From contig JBIOXB010000163.1 of NCBI GenBank assembly GCA_044869275.1, positions 14,483 through 78,482 of the forward strand: a DNA stretch of 64,000 bases. The letters are read 5' to 3'. Of this stretch, positions 18,965 to 29,161 are shown one piece after another (position 1 is the first letter of the stretch; each line of letters opens with the position of its first letter). The stretch comes from a bacterium (GTDB lineage Bacteria; Zhuqueibacterota; Zhuqueibacteria; Zhuqueibacterales; Zhuqueibacteraceae). Under the pieces are notes generated by a model, which did not search any database, was not told the DNA's origin, and worked only from the letters and a program-made list of their open reading frames with translations. The translations under genes and the position numbers were made by a program.

Positions 18965-18993
18965 TTGACATCTTGGAAACGATTGTTTAGATT
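18965..18993 (+). promoter_or_regulatory. Sigma70-type promoter about 230 nt upstream of the M23 gene
   Basis: TTGACA-17-TAGATT. Confidence 0.65.
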
Positions 18994-19228
18994 TCCGCCC
19001 ATAGCGCGGATTGCGCCAGTTTGTACAGTTTAGATTGAATTGAACCAGAGCCGAGATTTCAGACATATATGACTAGGATGTTTGCAGTAGCGGAGTGCGC
19101 AGGGACATTCCGCAGGGGGTGGATTTTTTGGCGAGGGCGGAGGATCGGGGCCGCCGGTGTTATTCATGCTGTTAAAGTCGAGGGTCCAGAGCGTCGCTTG
19201 CATCTCGCATTCACGGAGGAAGGAGAAC

Positions 19229-20161
19229 ATGCGCGATAAAAAGATTAAGCTGATCTATTTTTCGCTGCAGGGGTCCGAGGTCAAATCTATTAGTCTGTCT
19301 TGGAAGAGGATTCTCTCAATCATGTTTTCGTCATTTGTAGTCATGTTGCTCATGGTTGGCTCGACGATCGCTCTGTTCACCGACTTTTACAAGGATCAGC
19401 GCGTCAGTCGCCTGCTGCGCACGAATCATGCGCTCTCGAATCAACTGCAGCATATGAGCGGCAAAGTCAACAAGCTCGAGAGCCAAATTCAGGCCATCGA
19501 AAAACAGGACGATGGCTTGCGTTTGATGGCCGGCCTGCCCCGCATCGATGCGGATTTGCGCAAAGTGGGAACGGGTGGCGCCTACGGGGACTATGTGGAT
19601 GTGGATCTCAACTCTCTGCCGGAAGATTTGCAGGAAGAGACGAAAAAGGTGAACGTGCTTTTGTCCGAGCTTGAGCGGCGCGTCACACTCCACTCCGAGA
19701 ATGTCACTGAAGTGAAAGACAAGATGACCGAGGACCAGGACCGGCTCAAGCACACGCCTTCCATCCGGCCGGTGCTGCCGGAATTGAGCCGGATTACCGA
19801 CCGCTACGGCATGCGCTTTCATCCCCTCATCGAACGAAAGAAGCATCATGACGGCGTCGATCTCGCCGCTGAAATCGGCACGGATGTGAACGCGGTCGCC
19901 GCCGGCATCGTGGAGAAAGCCCAGGCCGTTGCCAGCTTTGGCCATGGCTTCGGCAAATATGTTGTCATTGATCACGGCTACGGTTACAAAACTCTCTATG
20001 GCCATCTTTCCAAAGTGATGGTGCAAGAAGGGCAAAAAGTCGAACGCTGGCAACCGATCGGTTTGGTGGGCAGCACCGGCATGACCACCGGCCCGCATGT
20101 CCATTTTGAAGTTCATATGCATGACAAACCGGTCGATCCGGAGGGATACATTTTAAATTGA
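19229..20161 (+). CDS. M23-family metallopeptidase (TM + coiled coil)
   Basis: HDGVD, YGHL, TGPHVHFEV; AAGGAG RBS. Confidence 0.93.
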   Translation: MRDKKIKLIYFSLQGSEVKSISLSWKRILSIMFSSFVVMLLMVGSTIALFTDFYKDQRVSRLLRTNHALSNQLQHMSGKVNKLESQIQAIEKQDDGLRLMAGLPRIDADLRKVGTGGAYGDYVDVDLNSLPEDLQEETKKVNVLLSELERRVTLHSENVTEVKDKMTEDQDRLKHTPSIRPVLPELSRITDRYGMRFHPLIERKKHHDGVDLAAEIGTDVNAVAAGIVEKAQAVASFGHGFGKYVVIDHGYGYKTLYGHLSKVMVQEGQKVERWQPIGLVGSTGMTTGPHVHFEVHMHDKPVDPEGYILN

Positions 20162-20181
20162 CACATGCTTGTTACAGACTG

Positions 20182-20217
20182 GCGCTTTCCCGCACGCGCG
20201 GGGAGGCGCTTTTTTTT
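20182..20217 (+). terminator. Intrinsic terminator
   Basis: 12-bp stem GCGCTTTCCCGC/GCGGGGAGGCGC followed by T8. Confidence 0.9.
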
Positions 20218-20282
20218 CATCCGGTATATCTGCATTTGAGCCCCACTTCGTTTGAGATCCCATCTCTCCCTAAAAACTGTGC

Positions 20283-20632
20283 TTGCATTTGAACAAAACT
20301 GTGATTATTTTTCTTTGTATTTTGTACACCACTTTGCGCTTTAACAGGGCCTTGGCCCTGCGGTGGGTGAGGTCGAGTCTGGATTGAGTTCCGCTGTGGG
20401 TCCTTTACCGCGCGAGGACGCGCGGAGAAGCGACTTTGGTTGCAAGCGTTGTTGCTGTCAACCAGCGATTCATCCGGTTTACCTCTTGCAAGGATCAGTA
20501 GGGCTGCTGCACCGATCCCGACTGAGTTGTGGGAGTCACAACTACTGCAAAAGCTGGTTGTACAGGTTAACAACGTCTCGGAATCACCTTCCGAGAAAAT
20601 TTTCTTAACCTAAGATGAGGTTGCTCCAGATT
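20283..20632 (+). promoter_or_regulatory. Candidate promoter and long structured 5' leader of the cold-shock gene
   Basis: TTGCAT-17-TATTTT (20283-20311); nested helices at 20355-20504 and three further hairpins. Confidence 0.6.
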
Positions 20633-20833
20633 ATGGAAACCGGAACTGTCAAGTGGTTTAACGAAGCAAAGGGTTATGGCTTCATCAAGCGTGAAAGCGG
20701 CGAAGATGTATTTGTGCACTACAAATCCATCACTGCCGAAGGTTTCAAGACCTTGAAGGAAGGACAGCGCGTCCAGTTTGAGGTCGAGCAAGGGCCCAAG
20801 GGTCTGCAAGCCAAAAGCGTAATCCCCATGTAA
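20633..20833 (+). CDS. cspA: Cold-shock protein (CspA family)
   Basis: [15 protein letters not shown]...DVFVHY..I...GFKTL.EGQ.V.F. Confidence 0.95.
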   Translation: METGTVKWFNEAKGYGFIKRESGEDVFVHYKSITAEGFKTLKEGQRVQFEVEQGPKGLQAKSVIPM

Positions 20834-20854
20834 TTCTCCGCGAGCCGGTTGGCG

Positions 20855-20897
20855 CCCCGTTTTGCCCGTTACGACAATGGCCAGAACGGGGTTTTTT
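20855..20897 (+). terminator. Intrinsic terminator
   Basis: CCCCGTTTTG/CAGAACGGGG stem followed by T6. Confidence 0.75.
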
Positions 20898-20974
20898 GTT
20901 TCTGATCGCGTTCGTCTTATCTTGTTCCATCCGCAAAATTATTCCCTCGAGAATCCAGCAGCAAGTTTCAGGTT

Positions 20975-21868
20975 TCATAGAATCGATTTCCCCAGCAGCG
21001 ATGCCAGTAATTCCGCTGCAATGTTCGCGGTTTGATTTTTTTGATCGAGAATGGGATTGATTTCAACGATATCGATCGAGCTGACCTTGCCGTGGTCGGC
21101 CAGAAGCTCCATGATGAGATGCGCTTCGCGATAAGTGAAGCCGCCGGGTACCGGCGTGCCCACGCCCGGCGCATCCCAGGGATCGAGGCAATCCATGTCC
21201 AAACTCACGTGCAGGCGCGGCAGATGATGCAGGCGATCCAGCGCCTCGCGCAGCACCACCGTAATGCCTCTTTCGTCGATGTCGCGCATGGTGCAAATGG
21301 TGATGCCGCTCTCCTGCAGCAGGATTTTTTCCTCGTCGTCCAAATCGCGTACCCCGAATAAAATCACGTCGGCAGGCTTGAGCTTGGGACCGGGCCGACC
21401 CAAATTTACCAACTCGCTGGCGCCCAGCCCCATGAGCACGGCGAGCGGCATGCCGTGAATGTTGCCGGTGGGCGAGCTTTGCGGAGTATTGAAGTCGCCG
21501 TGCGCATCGATCCAGAGCAAACCCGAGGGACTGTCGTGCGTAACGCCGCCCACGGTTCCGGTGGCAATGGAATGATCTCCGCCAATAAAGAGTGGAATAC
21601 TGTTTTCGGCAATGGCTTTGCGGCCGTGCTCATAGGCCAGCGTGCACGTGTAAACCACCGAAGGCAGAAACGCCAGGCCGCCCTCTTCGGGCAGCGTGTC
21701 GCGCACGCGCACTTCAAGATTGCCCACATCTTCCACGCGATAACCCAGCTTGCGCAGACGCGCCGCGAGCCCGGCGTAGCGCAGCGCGCTCGGGCCCATA
21801 TCGACTCCGCGCCGCGACTGGCCGAGATCCATGGGCACGCCGATGATGCGAATAGTCTTCGTTTTCAT
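20975..21868 (-). CDS. rocF: Arginase
   Basis: GGDHS, DAHGDFN...GNIHGM, SLDMDCLDP, VEINP. Confidence 0.95.
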   Translation of the reverse strand: MKTKTIRIIGVPMDLGQSRRGVDMGPSALRYAGLAARLRKLGYRVEDVGNLEVRVRDTLPEEGGLAFLPSVVYTCTLAYEHGRKAIAENSIPLFIGGDHSIATGTVGGVTHDSPSGLLWIDAHGDFNTPQSSPTGNIHGMPLAVLMGLGASELVNLGRPGPKLKPADVILFGVRDLDDEEKILLQESGITICTMRDIDERGITVVLREALDRLHHLPRLHVSLDMDCLDPWDAPGVGTPVPGGFTYREAHLIMELLADHGKVSSIDIVEINPILDQKNQTANIAAELLASLLGKSIL

Positions 21869-21924
21869 GCGGCCAAGTATAGGCGGTTTTGGCGAGGGTG
21901 TCAAGTGGAAAGTTTGGCAGCGCC

Positions 21925-22266
21925 CTAGCTCTCGCAGTGATCGGATGAATCCCCTCGTGCCGGCATTTTCTGCGTGCGCATGTTTTGTTCGATCGTAGCC
22001 AAGCCGGCGAGAATTTGGCCGTTGGCCACGATGACCAGCCCCAACGGTATAAATACGATGCCGAGCGCCACCACAAAGATGAGATTTTGCAAGTCTGACA
22101 GGCCGGTGAGCAAGCAAACGACCCCACCACCAGTGAAGAACCACCCTATTCCTGAAATCCACTTGGCGGTCCTGCGGCGAGAGGCGGCTCTTTTTGCATC
22201 ACTCTCTGAGGCCAGCTTCCCTCGCGACTCGGGCAGACCCGTTAACAGGTAGATCATGGTGTTCAT
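21925..22266 (-). CDS. Small 2-TM hypothetical protein
   Basis: Two hydrophobic helices followed by GQIL...IE.N. Confidence 0.55.
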   Translation of the reverse strand: MNTMIYLLTGLPESRGKLASESDAKRAASRRRTAKWISGIGWFFTGGGVVCLLTGLSDLQNLIFVVALGIVFIPLGLVIVANGQILAGLATIEQNMRTQKMPARGDSSDHCES

Positions 22267-22385
22267 GAAGTTCGATAAAATAGAACCTTCTCTTTGCCGT
22301 GATGTTCAATCCTGGGGGTCAATATGGCGCCAGATATGCATTATGCGCTTAAAGAATCAAACACAGAATAAAATTCTAAAAATTC

Positions 22386-22617
22386 GGCCCACGGAAATGG
22401 AACTCCCACGGAAAGAAGCTTTTCATTTCAGTTCCATTTCCGTGGGCTAAAGCTTTGCTGCTCGAAGGGCTTCAGTGTTCATCCCGACGCTTCGGGATGA
22501 AAACCTGGCGTAGTCCATTAAGAGTGAGGTCTTTGCTTTTAGAATAAAAGTTTTGAACGCAGATTGCCGGAGATGAACGCAGACAAAATCAGCGAAAATT
22601 TGCGTTCATCTGCGTCC
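22386..22617. repeat. Cluster of REP-like hairpins including ATCCCGA-CGCT-TCGGGAT (22481-22498)
   Basis: GCCCACGGAAATGGAACT/AGTTCCATTTCCGTGGGC stem; TTC[palindrome]GAA; AGATGAACGCA/TGCGTTCATCT stem. Confidence 0.8.
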
Positions 22618-22860
22618 AAAAAATTTGGTTGCGGCACGCCCGCGTTGGGATGATGAAGTCAAAAAATGTGCCGATGGAGAACTTGCAGGAAAGAAATTGA
22701 ATCGCAGAAAACTAACGAGATACTGATCGTGAGGCGGAAAAACTTTGCAAGGGGAAGTGTGAATTGATGCTTGCGAGCAACACCCGGGTGTCAGCAGGCA
22801 GGGTGGCGCAATGTATTTGCAAGGAATTGGCACTGTTGCATGAAAGCAACGGGGGGCGGA

Positions 22861-23056
22861 TGGGAGTGGGAGACTTGGAGATGGGGAGACTTGGAGACGG
22901 GGAGACTTGGAGATGGGGAGACTTGGAGATGGGGAGACTTGGAGATCGAGAGATGAGAATAGTTTCATCATCTCCCTGTCACCCACTCTCCCCGTCTCCC
23001 ACTCTCCCCGTCTCCCACTCTCCCCATCACCCACTCTCCCCATCACCCACTCTCTC
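22861..23056. repeat. Inverted 17-mer tandem arrays (GGAGACTTGGAGAYGGG)n...(CCCACTCTCCCCRTCW)n
   Basis: About 4-5 units per side; overlaps the 3' end of the sigma54 regulator. Confidence 0.9.
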
Positions 23057-24418
23057 TTCCCGACCAAGGCTGCGATAAATTGTACTGCGGTTGACGCCTG
23101 CAACTTCGGCGGCGCGGGTGAGGTTGCCGCCGCAACGTGTGACCACTTCACGAAAATATTCGCGTTGGAATTCTTCCAACAATGTTTCCTTGGCGCGTTC
23201 ATAGGGCAGGTCAAATAACGGTGCATAGTTTTGGGGAGAGGCAACCGCGCCGCTTGCCAGTGAGGGGAGGCGCGCATACTCGATGCGGCCTTCGCGGCTG
23301 TAGATCACAGCTTTTTCGATGAAACTGCCGAGCTCGCGCACGTTGCCGGGCCAGTCATAACGGCGCCAGCCGGCCAGAAAATCTTCGCTCACTTCCGGGA
23401 CCGGCTTGTGCATTTTGACACTGAAATAGTGCAGATAGTATTGCACTAGCAAAGAAATATCATCGCGCCGTTCACGCAAGGGAGGCAAATGCAAATGAAT
23501 ATGGTCGAGGCGCCGCAGCAAATCATCGCGAAAGCGGCGGGCCGTGACTTCTAGTGGTAGGTTTTTGTTGGTTGCCGCCACGAGACGCACATCGGTGCGT
23601 CTCTCCTGCGTTTCACCGAGGCGCGTGAACGTGCCATATTCCAGGGCGCGCAAGATTTTGGGCTGCGAGGCCAGCGGCAGATCGCCTACCTCATCTAAAA
23701 ACAATGTGCTGCCCCCGGCTTCCTCAAATTTGCCCTTCTGCATGCGATCGGCGCCGGTGAAGGCGCCGCGCCCGTGACCGAAAAATTCATTGTCGCACAG
23801 CTCGGGGCTCAGGTTGCTGCAATTGATGGTCAGCATGGCGCGAGAGGCACGCAGACTTTGGCGATGAATTTCTCGCGCGACCAGCTCTTTGCCGGTGCCG
23901 CTTTCGCCGGTGATGAGCACGACGCTATCCGTGGGCGCGACCGCCGCAATATCGTTGAAGAGCTGGCGCACGACCGCGCTTTCGCCGACAAAGCGCGGAT
24001 ATTGGTGCTGCAGTTCTTCGCGATAAGCACGGCGCAGCAGTTGGTTTTGCAAATGCTGTTGAATGACCGGCCGCAGCGCTTTGAGATTCAAGGCCTTGCT
24101 TTGATAGTCGAGCACGCCGAGCCGGCCCGCTTCCAATGCCGTTTCGTGCGAAGCATGCGCCGTAATGATGATGACGGCAGCGTCGGGATCAATTTTTTTG
24201 AGCTGGCGTAAAGTCTCGAGACCGTCCATGCCACGGCCGAGCTTGAGATCGAGCAGAATCAAATCCGCCGGCGATTCGCGGAATTTGCTCAGCCCTTCTT
24301 CGCCGGTGGCAGCAATAATGACTTGAAATTCATCGCCAGCCATGGCGATCAGGTCCTCGGGGAAGGCGGGCTGATCGTCGATGATGAGAATGGCGCTTTT
24401 TTCGGAAGGAGAGGGCAT
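23027..24418 (-). CDS. Sigma54-dependent (NtrC-family) response regulator
   Basis: Receiver IIDD/LLD/ITAH, GESGTGKE, GAFTGA, FLDEVG, WPGNVREL and a C-terminal HTH. Confidence 0.93.
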   Translation of the reverse strand: MPSPSEKSAILIIDDQPAFPEDLIAMAGDEFQVIIAATGEEGLSKFRESPADLILLDLKLGRGMDGLETLRQLKKIDPDAAVIIITAHASHETALEAGRLGVLDYQSKALNLKALRPVIQQHLQNQLLRRAYREELQHQYPRFVGESAVVRQLFNDIAAVAPTDSVVLITGESGTGKELVAREIHRQSLRASRAMLTINCSNLSPELCDNEFFGHGRGAFTGADRMQKGKFEEAGGSTLFLDEVGDLPLASQPKILRALEYGTFTRLGETQERRTDVRLVAATNKNLPLEVTARRFRDDLLRRLDHIHLHLPPLRERRDDISLLVQYYLHYFSVKMHKPVPEVSEDFLAGWRRYDWPGNVRELGSFIEKAVIYSREGRIEYARLPSLASGAVASPQNYAPLFDLPYERAKETLLEEFQREYFREVVTRCGGNLTRAAEVAGVNRSTIYRSLGREERVGDGESG

Positions 24419-24639
24419 GAAGGGCCAAATTATGACGAATGATTGTAAAGACTCAAAAGAAAAGCGAGAGACTGCTCAACTTCCTGAGCAAAACGATAGA
24501 TCAATCATTCCACCGCTGTTCACAACGATTCTAAAATAACCATTCTCAATCTTATATTCAAGGTATGAGTTTCACGCCTGGGAAAAATCAAAAACAAAAG
24601 AATTCTAACTGTGCTATTTTATCGCAACGGCCGCCCGGT

Positions 24640-27600
24640 TCACTCCACAACCTTCAAACAAATCCGCATCGTCGTGCCTTCCCCTGGTGCGCTCTGAGCC
24701 ACGAAGACTCTTCCACCATAGCGCTCGAGACGTTTGCGTACGGAATAAAGCCCAAACCCGCCTCGGCCGCCGGGCTTGGTGGTATACCCCGAGCGGAAGA
24801 TCGTTTCCCACAAGTTTTGCGGAATGCCGCCGCCGTTATCCTGAATTTCAAGATGGAGCTCGTCCAAAGAGCGGTAGAGTGCAAGTGTAATTTGCGACGG
24901 ACGGCCGTCGCTTTGGCGCAAGGCATTTTCAATCAATTCGCCCAGCGCATAGACCAGGTCTTCGGGCTTGATGCGCACGGCCGGCAAGGCAGGCGCGGCG
25001 GTGAGCTTGACGCTCCCGTGATCGAACTGGCGCAAGAAAGCGGAGATGACGGCCACGGCATCCGTGCGATAAGCGCTATGCAAGCGCTTTTGGATTGCTG
25101 CAATCAACTCGCGCAAGCTGATTTGCAGGCTGGCAATCTGGGTGAGATGGGCATGATCCAGTTTCTCAGTGGCAGACAAGTCCTTTTGGAGTCGTGCGAG
25201 CGCCTGTTTCAGCTTGCCCCATGTTTCATCGAGGCCATGGGCCAAATCCATGGCGAAGTTGAGGCCGTTTTGATAGGTTCGAATCGCCTCGATCTCAATT
25301 CCAATGAAATGCAGCGCACCTTCGACGGCTTCCTTCATGCGCTGGCGCGCCGCTGCAGGGGACACGACCTCCGGCTCGTAATTTTCGGCAAAGAATGCCA
25401 GGCTGTCCATGAATTGCCGGACTAAGCGGCCGTGATCGAAGGCGTTGAGCCGCTCTTGTAATAATTCCAATGAAACCGGTTGGGCACGATACAAACGCTG
25501 GGTGCGCAAAAGTGAAAGAGCGATCGCCAGCGCACTCGCGCTTATGATAGTGGGGCGCAGCACGTATGTCAGGTTTTCGCGCGCGAACCAATAGGTCCAC
25601 ACCAGCAAGAAACTGATGGCATACAGCGCCGAAAGCCACTTCAACTGAAAAACCGAAAGCCCCACATATTTCTTACCCAAGAAAATTAAGAGCAGAGACG
25701 AGGACGAGCCGAGAACGAGCAATGCCAGTTTTTCGCGGCTGCGATAGCCCAGGGCCAGATTTGCCAAGGTTCGTTTCGCTTTGAGGGCGCTCGCTCCCAG
25801 CCCCTCGATCTCTGCCACCACGCGGCGCTCGCCGCCGCGCAAGCCGCGCATTTCGCGCACGTGGCCAGAAGGGAAAACAATTTTTGCATCATATTCTTTT
25901 TGAGTGGATACGCCGAAAAACGCCACCTTTTGCGGGCTGCAGCCATAGTTATCCGTTGAAGCAATGAGCCGCGAACCGGCGAGTGCGGCCGGATCGCCCA
26001 ACTTTCCCGCTTCATATAAAAAAACTCGCGCGCCCACGGCCGCGCGATTGCTCACAATGCCCTCTGGAAAAATTTGCAAAGAGGTGCCGCGCAGATTCAC
26101 GTTGTTTTGAAAAAAGAATAAACCGTCGTCGAAATTGCTGACCAGCAAATCCAAATCTTCATCACTGTCCGCATCAAAGGCCAAAACCCCGGTGCTGCTG
26201 CCGCCGAATTGCCGGGAGGGAAACATTGATAGGTGCAGTCGATCCCGGGCCTCGTGGAGGTACTCATTGTTCTCTTGGAACCGGCCTTGGCCAGTGTTGC
26301 GATAGAAACGATCTTTACCGCGGTTAGCCACGAGGAGGTCGAGGTCGCCGTCATTTTCAGCATCGAAAAACGTCGCTCCGAAGCTTTGATCATTTCCGGC
26401 CAGGCCCGCAAATTTCGTCACATCTGTGAAACGCGCCGTGTTGTCATTTTGCAGCAGGCGATTGCCGGCCTCGAGATTGCAGACAAAAATATCGAAATCG
26501 CCGTCGTTGTCGTAGTCTCCTATGGTTGCGCCTTGCGATTGTTTTATTTCCGGCCAGCATGCCTCGCCGGACGCGACGCAGGAATCTGCAAAACGAGGCA
26601 AGCCCGTGACCGCATCGACGCCGAGATTGCGATACATGAGATTGGGGCGGTTGAAGACGGTGACATATAAATCTTCCCAGCCATCGCCATCGAAGTCGGC
26701 AGCGTAACCCCCAATGCCCCCGCCTTCGGAAGACAGGCCCGAGGCCTGTGTCACTTCACGGAATTGGCCGCGGCCGTTGTTGATGAAAAAAGCATTGCTC
26801 TGGTATTGGCAGGCTATAAATAGATCGAGATCGCCGTCGCGGTCGGCGTCAAATAAAGTACTCAACATCGGTCTTTGCTCGACGTAACCCCATTGCTGCA
26901 AGCCGGAATAAGCCGTCGCCTCGAAATAGTAATCATGGCCGCTGTGCAAGTAAACAAAGGGATGACCATACATGCTGGTGACAATGAGGTCGTCGAGACC
27001 GTCGCCATTCAAATCGCCGGTGGTGATAGCTTGATCATAATTGGTAAAATTTTCTCCTTTATACGAAAAACGATCGGCGTATTTCGACGGGCCCTCAACA
27101 TTGAAACGCTGTGCTTGATTGAACGCAGATACATTATTGTTGTTCTTGAAGTCTTGCACCGAAAACAGCCCGTTTGCTCTTTCCGTCTGAACAAAATAGA
27201 GGTGGGAAGATTCTCCCGGGCGATTTTGCAAAACGGCCATGCCGTATAAATCAGGAAATTTTGAGATGATCAACCATGGGGACTGCTCCGGTAGCGTTGA
27301 GATAATGGCGGCGTGTTTTTGCGGCGCTAAAATGAAACCGGCCGTTCCTGTGATCCACGAAAAGCGCTCGTTGAACAAACATACTTCGCGCAGTTCCGCC
27401 GGCGTCTCCACGAGCGGAGAATAGACCGTATCCTCCAAGGAATAGATGGCATTATGTCTGACGCCATAGCCGCGGCCATTGGGAAATAATTGGTAAGATA
27501 TCAGAGGCAATCGCCAAATAGGGTAGGGGTGTGATGCAAAACGGGTGACAGAAGTGTCTTGATCATTCATGATCAGCAAGTGTTGCTGGGGCGTCAAAAG

Positions 27601-28245
27601 TGCCCCTTCGAGCGCGCCTTTTACATTTGATAATAATGTTTGCCACTTGTCGGCGTGAAAACGCAGCAGCACGTTTTGCTCCGGCGCCCGGCAATGGGCA
27701 TAGAGTGCGCCATCTTGTAGCAGCCTCAAGTTGTGAATATGCATGAAAGTAGGCAGAGGCTCCGGCCCCCATTGTCCATGCTTATAATGCCAGAACTCGC
27801 CATAATCGCAGCCGATCCAGCCTTCCTGTGGGGAGGCGAAAACCAGAGTGCGGATGTTTTGAGCATTGCCCGAAAAAGCCGGTGACCATTTTTTGCCGTC
27901 CCAGTGAAACAAACTGCGATTGTATTGTTCCGGCACTTCCACGATGGCCCAAATGTCGTCCGGTGCAAGTGCGAAATAATCGAAAATGGTATAGGGCTCG
28001 GGCTTCGGCAAGCGCCGCCAGGGCTGCGGCCGCGACGCGTCGTATTCATGCACTCCGCCCTCGGAGCTGAAGACATAGCCCAAGCCTTCGCGCAGGATCT
28101 GGCAGGATCCCAAATCGCCCGCGCTGGGCGGCTCGATTTGTGCCCAATGAATGCCGTTGAGGGAATCGTAAAAGGCGAATTGCGCATGAAGCGTACCTGG
28201 CCCAACCAGAGACAACAAAATCACGATGCCGAGTCGCGCGCTCAT
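24640..28245 (-). CDS. Sensor histidine kinase with extracellular beta-propeller + FG-GAP/VCBS + ASPIC/UnbV-like domains
   Basis: Signal peptide; GDLNGDGLDDL, DADRDGDLDLF, DFDGDGWEDLY and DYDNDGDFDIF repeats; SNRAAVGARV; about 3 TM; ELIENA, DNGGGI, TTK, GFGL. Confidence 0.85.
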   Translation of the reverse strand: MSARLGIVILLSLVGPGTLHAQFAFYDSLNGIHWAQIEPPSAGDLGSCQILREGLGYVFSSEGGVHEYDASRPQPWRRLPKPEPYTIFDYFALAPDDIWAIVEVPEQYNRSLFHWDGKKWSPAFSGNAQNIRTLVFASPQEGWIGCDYGEFWHYKHGQWGPEPLPTFMHIHNLRLLQDGALYAHCRAPEQNVLLRFHADKWQTLLSNVKGALEGALLTPQQHLLIMNDQDTSVTRFASHPYPIWRLPLISYQLFPNGRGYGVRHNAIYSLEDTVYSPLVETPAELREVCLFNERFSWITGTAGFILAPQKHAAIISTLPEQSPWLIISKFPDLYGMAVLQNRPGESSHLYFVQTERANGLFSVQDFKNNNNVSAFNQAQRFNVEGPSKYADRFSYKGENFTNYDQAITTGDLNGDGLDDLIVTSMYGHPFVYLHSGHDYYFEATAYSGLQQWGYVEQRPMLSTLFDADRDGDLDLFIACQYQSNAFFINNGRGQFREVTQASGLSSEGGGIGGYAADFDGDGWEDLYVTVFNRPNLMYRNLGVDAVTGLPRFADSCVASGEACWPEIKQSQGATIGDYDNDGDFDIFVCNLEAGNRLLQNDNTARFTDVTKFAGLAGNDQSFGATFFDAENDGDLDLLVANRGKDRFYRNTGQGRFQENNEYLHEARDRLHLSMFPSRQFGGSSTGVLAFDADSDEDLDLLVSNFDDGLFFFQNNVNLRGTSLQIFPEGIVSNRAAVGARVFLYEAGKLGDPAALAGSRLIASTDNYGCSPQKVAFFGVSTQKEYDAKIVFPSGHVREMRGLRGGERRVVAEIEGLGASALKAKRTLANLALGYRSREKLALLVLGSSSSLLLIFLGKKYVGLSVFQLKWLSALYAISFLLVWTYWFARENLTYVLRPTIISASALAIALSLLRTQRLYRAQPVSLELLQERLNAFDHGRLVRQFMDSLAFFAENYEPEVVSPAAARQRMKEAVEGALHFIGIEIEAIRTYQNGLNFAMDLAHGLDETWGKLKQALARLQKDLSATEKLDHAHLTQIASLQISLRELIAAIQKRLHSAYRTDAVAVISAFLRQFDHGSVKLTAAPALPAVRIKPEDLVYALGELIENALRQSDGRPSQITLALYRSLDELHLEIQDNGGGIPQNLWETIFRSGYTTKPGGRGGFGLYSVRKRLERYGGRVFVAQSAPGEGTTMRICLKVVE

Positions 28246-28394
28246 ATTTTTGTCATCGCTTCAAAGTCATGGCCAAGTAAGAGGTTGGATAGGAGGGCTG
28301 TAATGTGAGGGGAATTTGTCACAATGTCAAGCATGGAGGGTGGGCTTGGGGGGAGGCAAAAGCGGCAGCCATGGAACCGCTGGCACGTTCTCAA

Positions 28395-28961
28395 TCATTC
28401 ATGCGCGCTGACACGAAGGTCATCATTGTTGGCGCCTCCGCCAGAATCGGCAGGGGCAAAAAGAGAAGGGCGCTTTTTGAGCCGTCGCAGCAGTTGCAGC
28501 ATGCGTAAACTCTGCTTGATGCCGTTTCCGATGGCGCCGAGGAGTAATGCCGCGAAAATTCTCATGCACAACAACATCGCCAAACACAGGGGCGTTATCC
28601 GCAAGGCCTTCTTCAGAGTTTGATAAAGCAAACCCCACCTTTTCGCTCCCACATGCCAGCCCCAAAATGTTGACCACGAGGCATAACTGCACAGCAACGC
28701 AATCAGCGCGAGCGGCAGGCCGGCATGCCAGCGCGCCGAGGCGATGGACCAACCAAACAAGCCGCCGCAGAACCCAAACCACAGGCTGCGGCGCATGCGC
28801 TTGCGGAACAAGCCAAAGCCGCAATACAGGCATAGCATCTCGATTTCGCTGTTAGGATGGGGAACAGCGCAAGCAGCCTCATAGAGCTCTTTACAGTTGG
28901 CGCAGAATCCAATCATCGCACTTTTGGAGGTCAGAGTCCGGGTCATTTTGCTTGGCTGCAA
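28395..28961 (-). CDS. Hypothetical membrane protein with CxxC...CxxC zinc ribbon
   Basis: CANC and CLYC followed by TM helices; start codon uncertain. Confidence 0.45.
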   Translation of the reverse strand: MQPSKMTRTLTSKSAMIGFCANCKELYEAACAVPHPNSEIEMLCLYCGFGLFRKRMRRSLWFGFCGGLFGWSIASARWHAGLPLALIALLCSYASWSTFWGWHVGAKRWGLLYQTLKKALRITPLCLAMLLCMRIFAALLLGAIGNGIKQSLRMLQLLRRLKKRPSLFAPADSGGGANNDDLRVSAHE

Positions 28962-29161
28962 TTACTTTCTATCGGCGCGGGTATATTACCCGAGCCGTCC
29001 CCCTCACGGCTCGGGCTGGGCGGCAGCCTTTGTCTGCCAAAAATCACCGCTTCGTCGAATATAGCACAACGATATCGGCAGGTCGAGTTCGACAACGTTG
29101 CCACAAGCTTGAAATCGCGCACGCCTGCGCCTGCCGTCTCCTCATGAGTTTCATGACATCC

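Noticed and set aside
18995..19228. Riboswitch in the long M23 leader
   Set aside because: No recognisable aptamer motif or terminator could be found by eye.
20340..20540. SRP RNA, 6S RNA or tRNA
   Set aside because: No SRP GGAA-loop motif or cloverleaf, and no clear 6S central bubble; kept only as an unassigned structured leader.
22780..22850. Sigma54 promoter downstream of the NtrC-type regulator
   Set aside because: TGGCAC/TGGCGC and TTGC are present but the GG-to-GC spacing is 7 or 12 nt, not 10.
22861..23056. Possible CRISPR array (also the 14-bp triplet near 29227 and the heptamer arrays)
   Set aside because: Units are directly tandem with no unique spacers, and there are no cas genes in the window.
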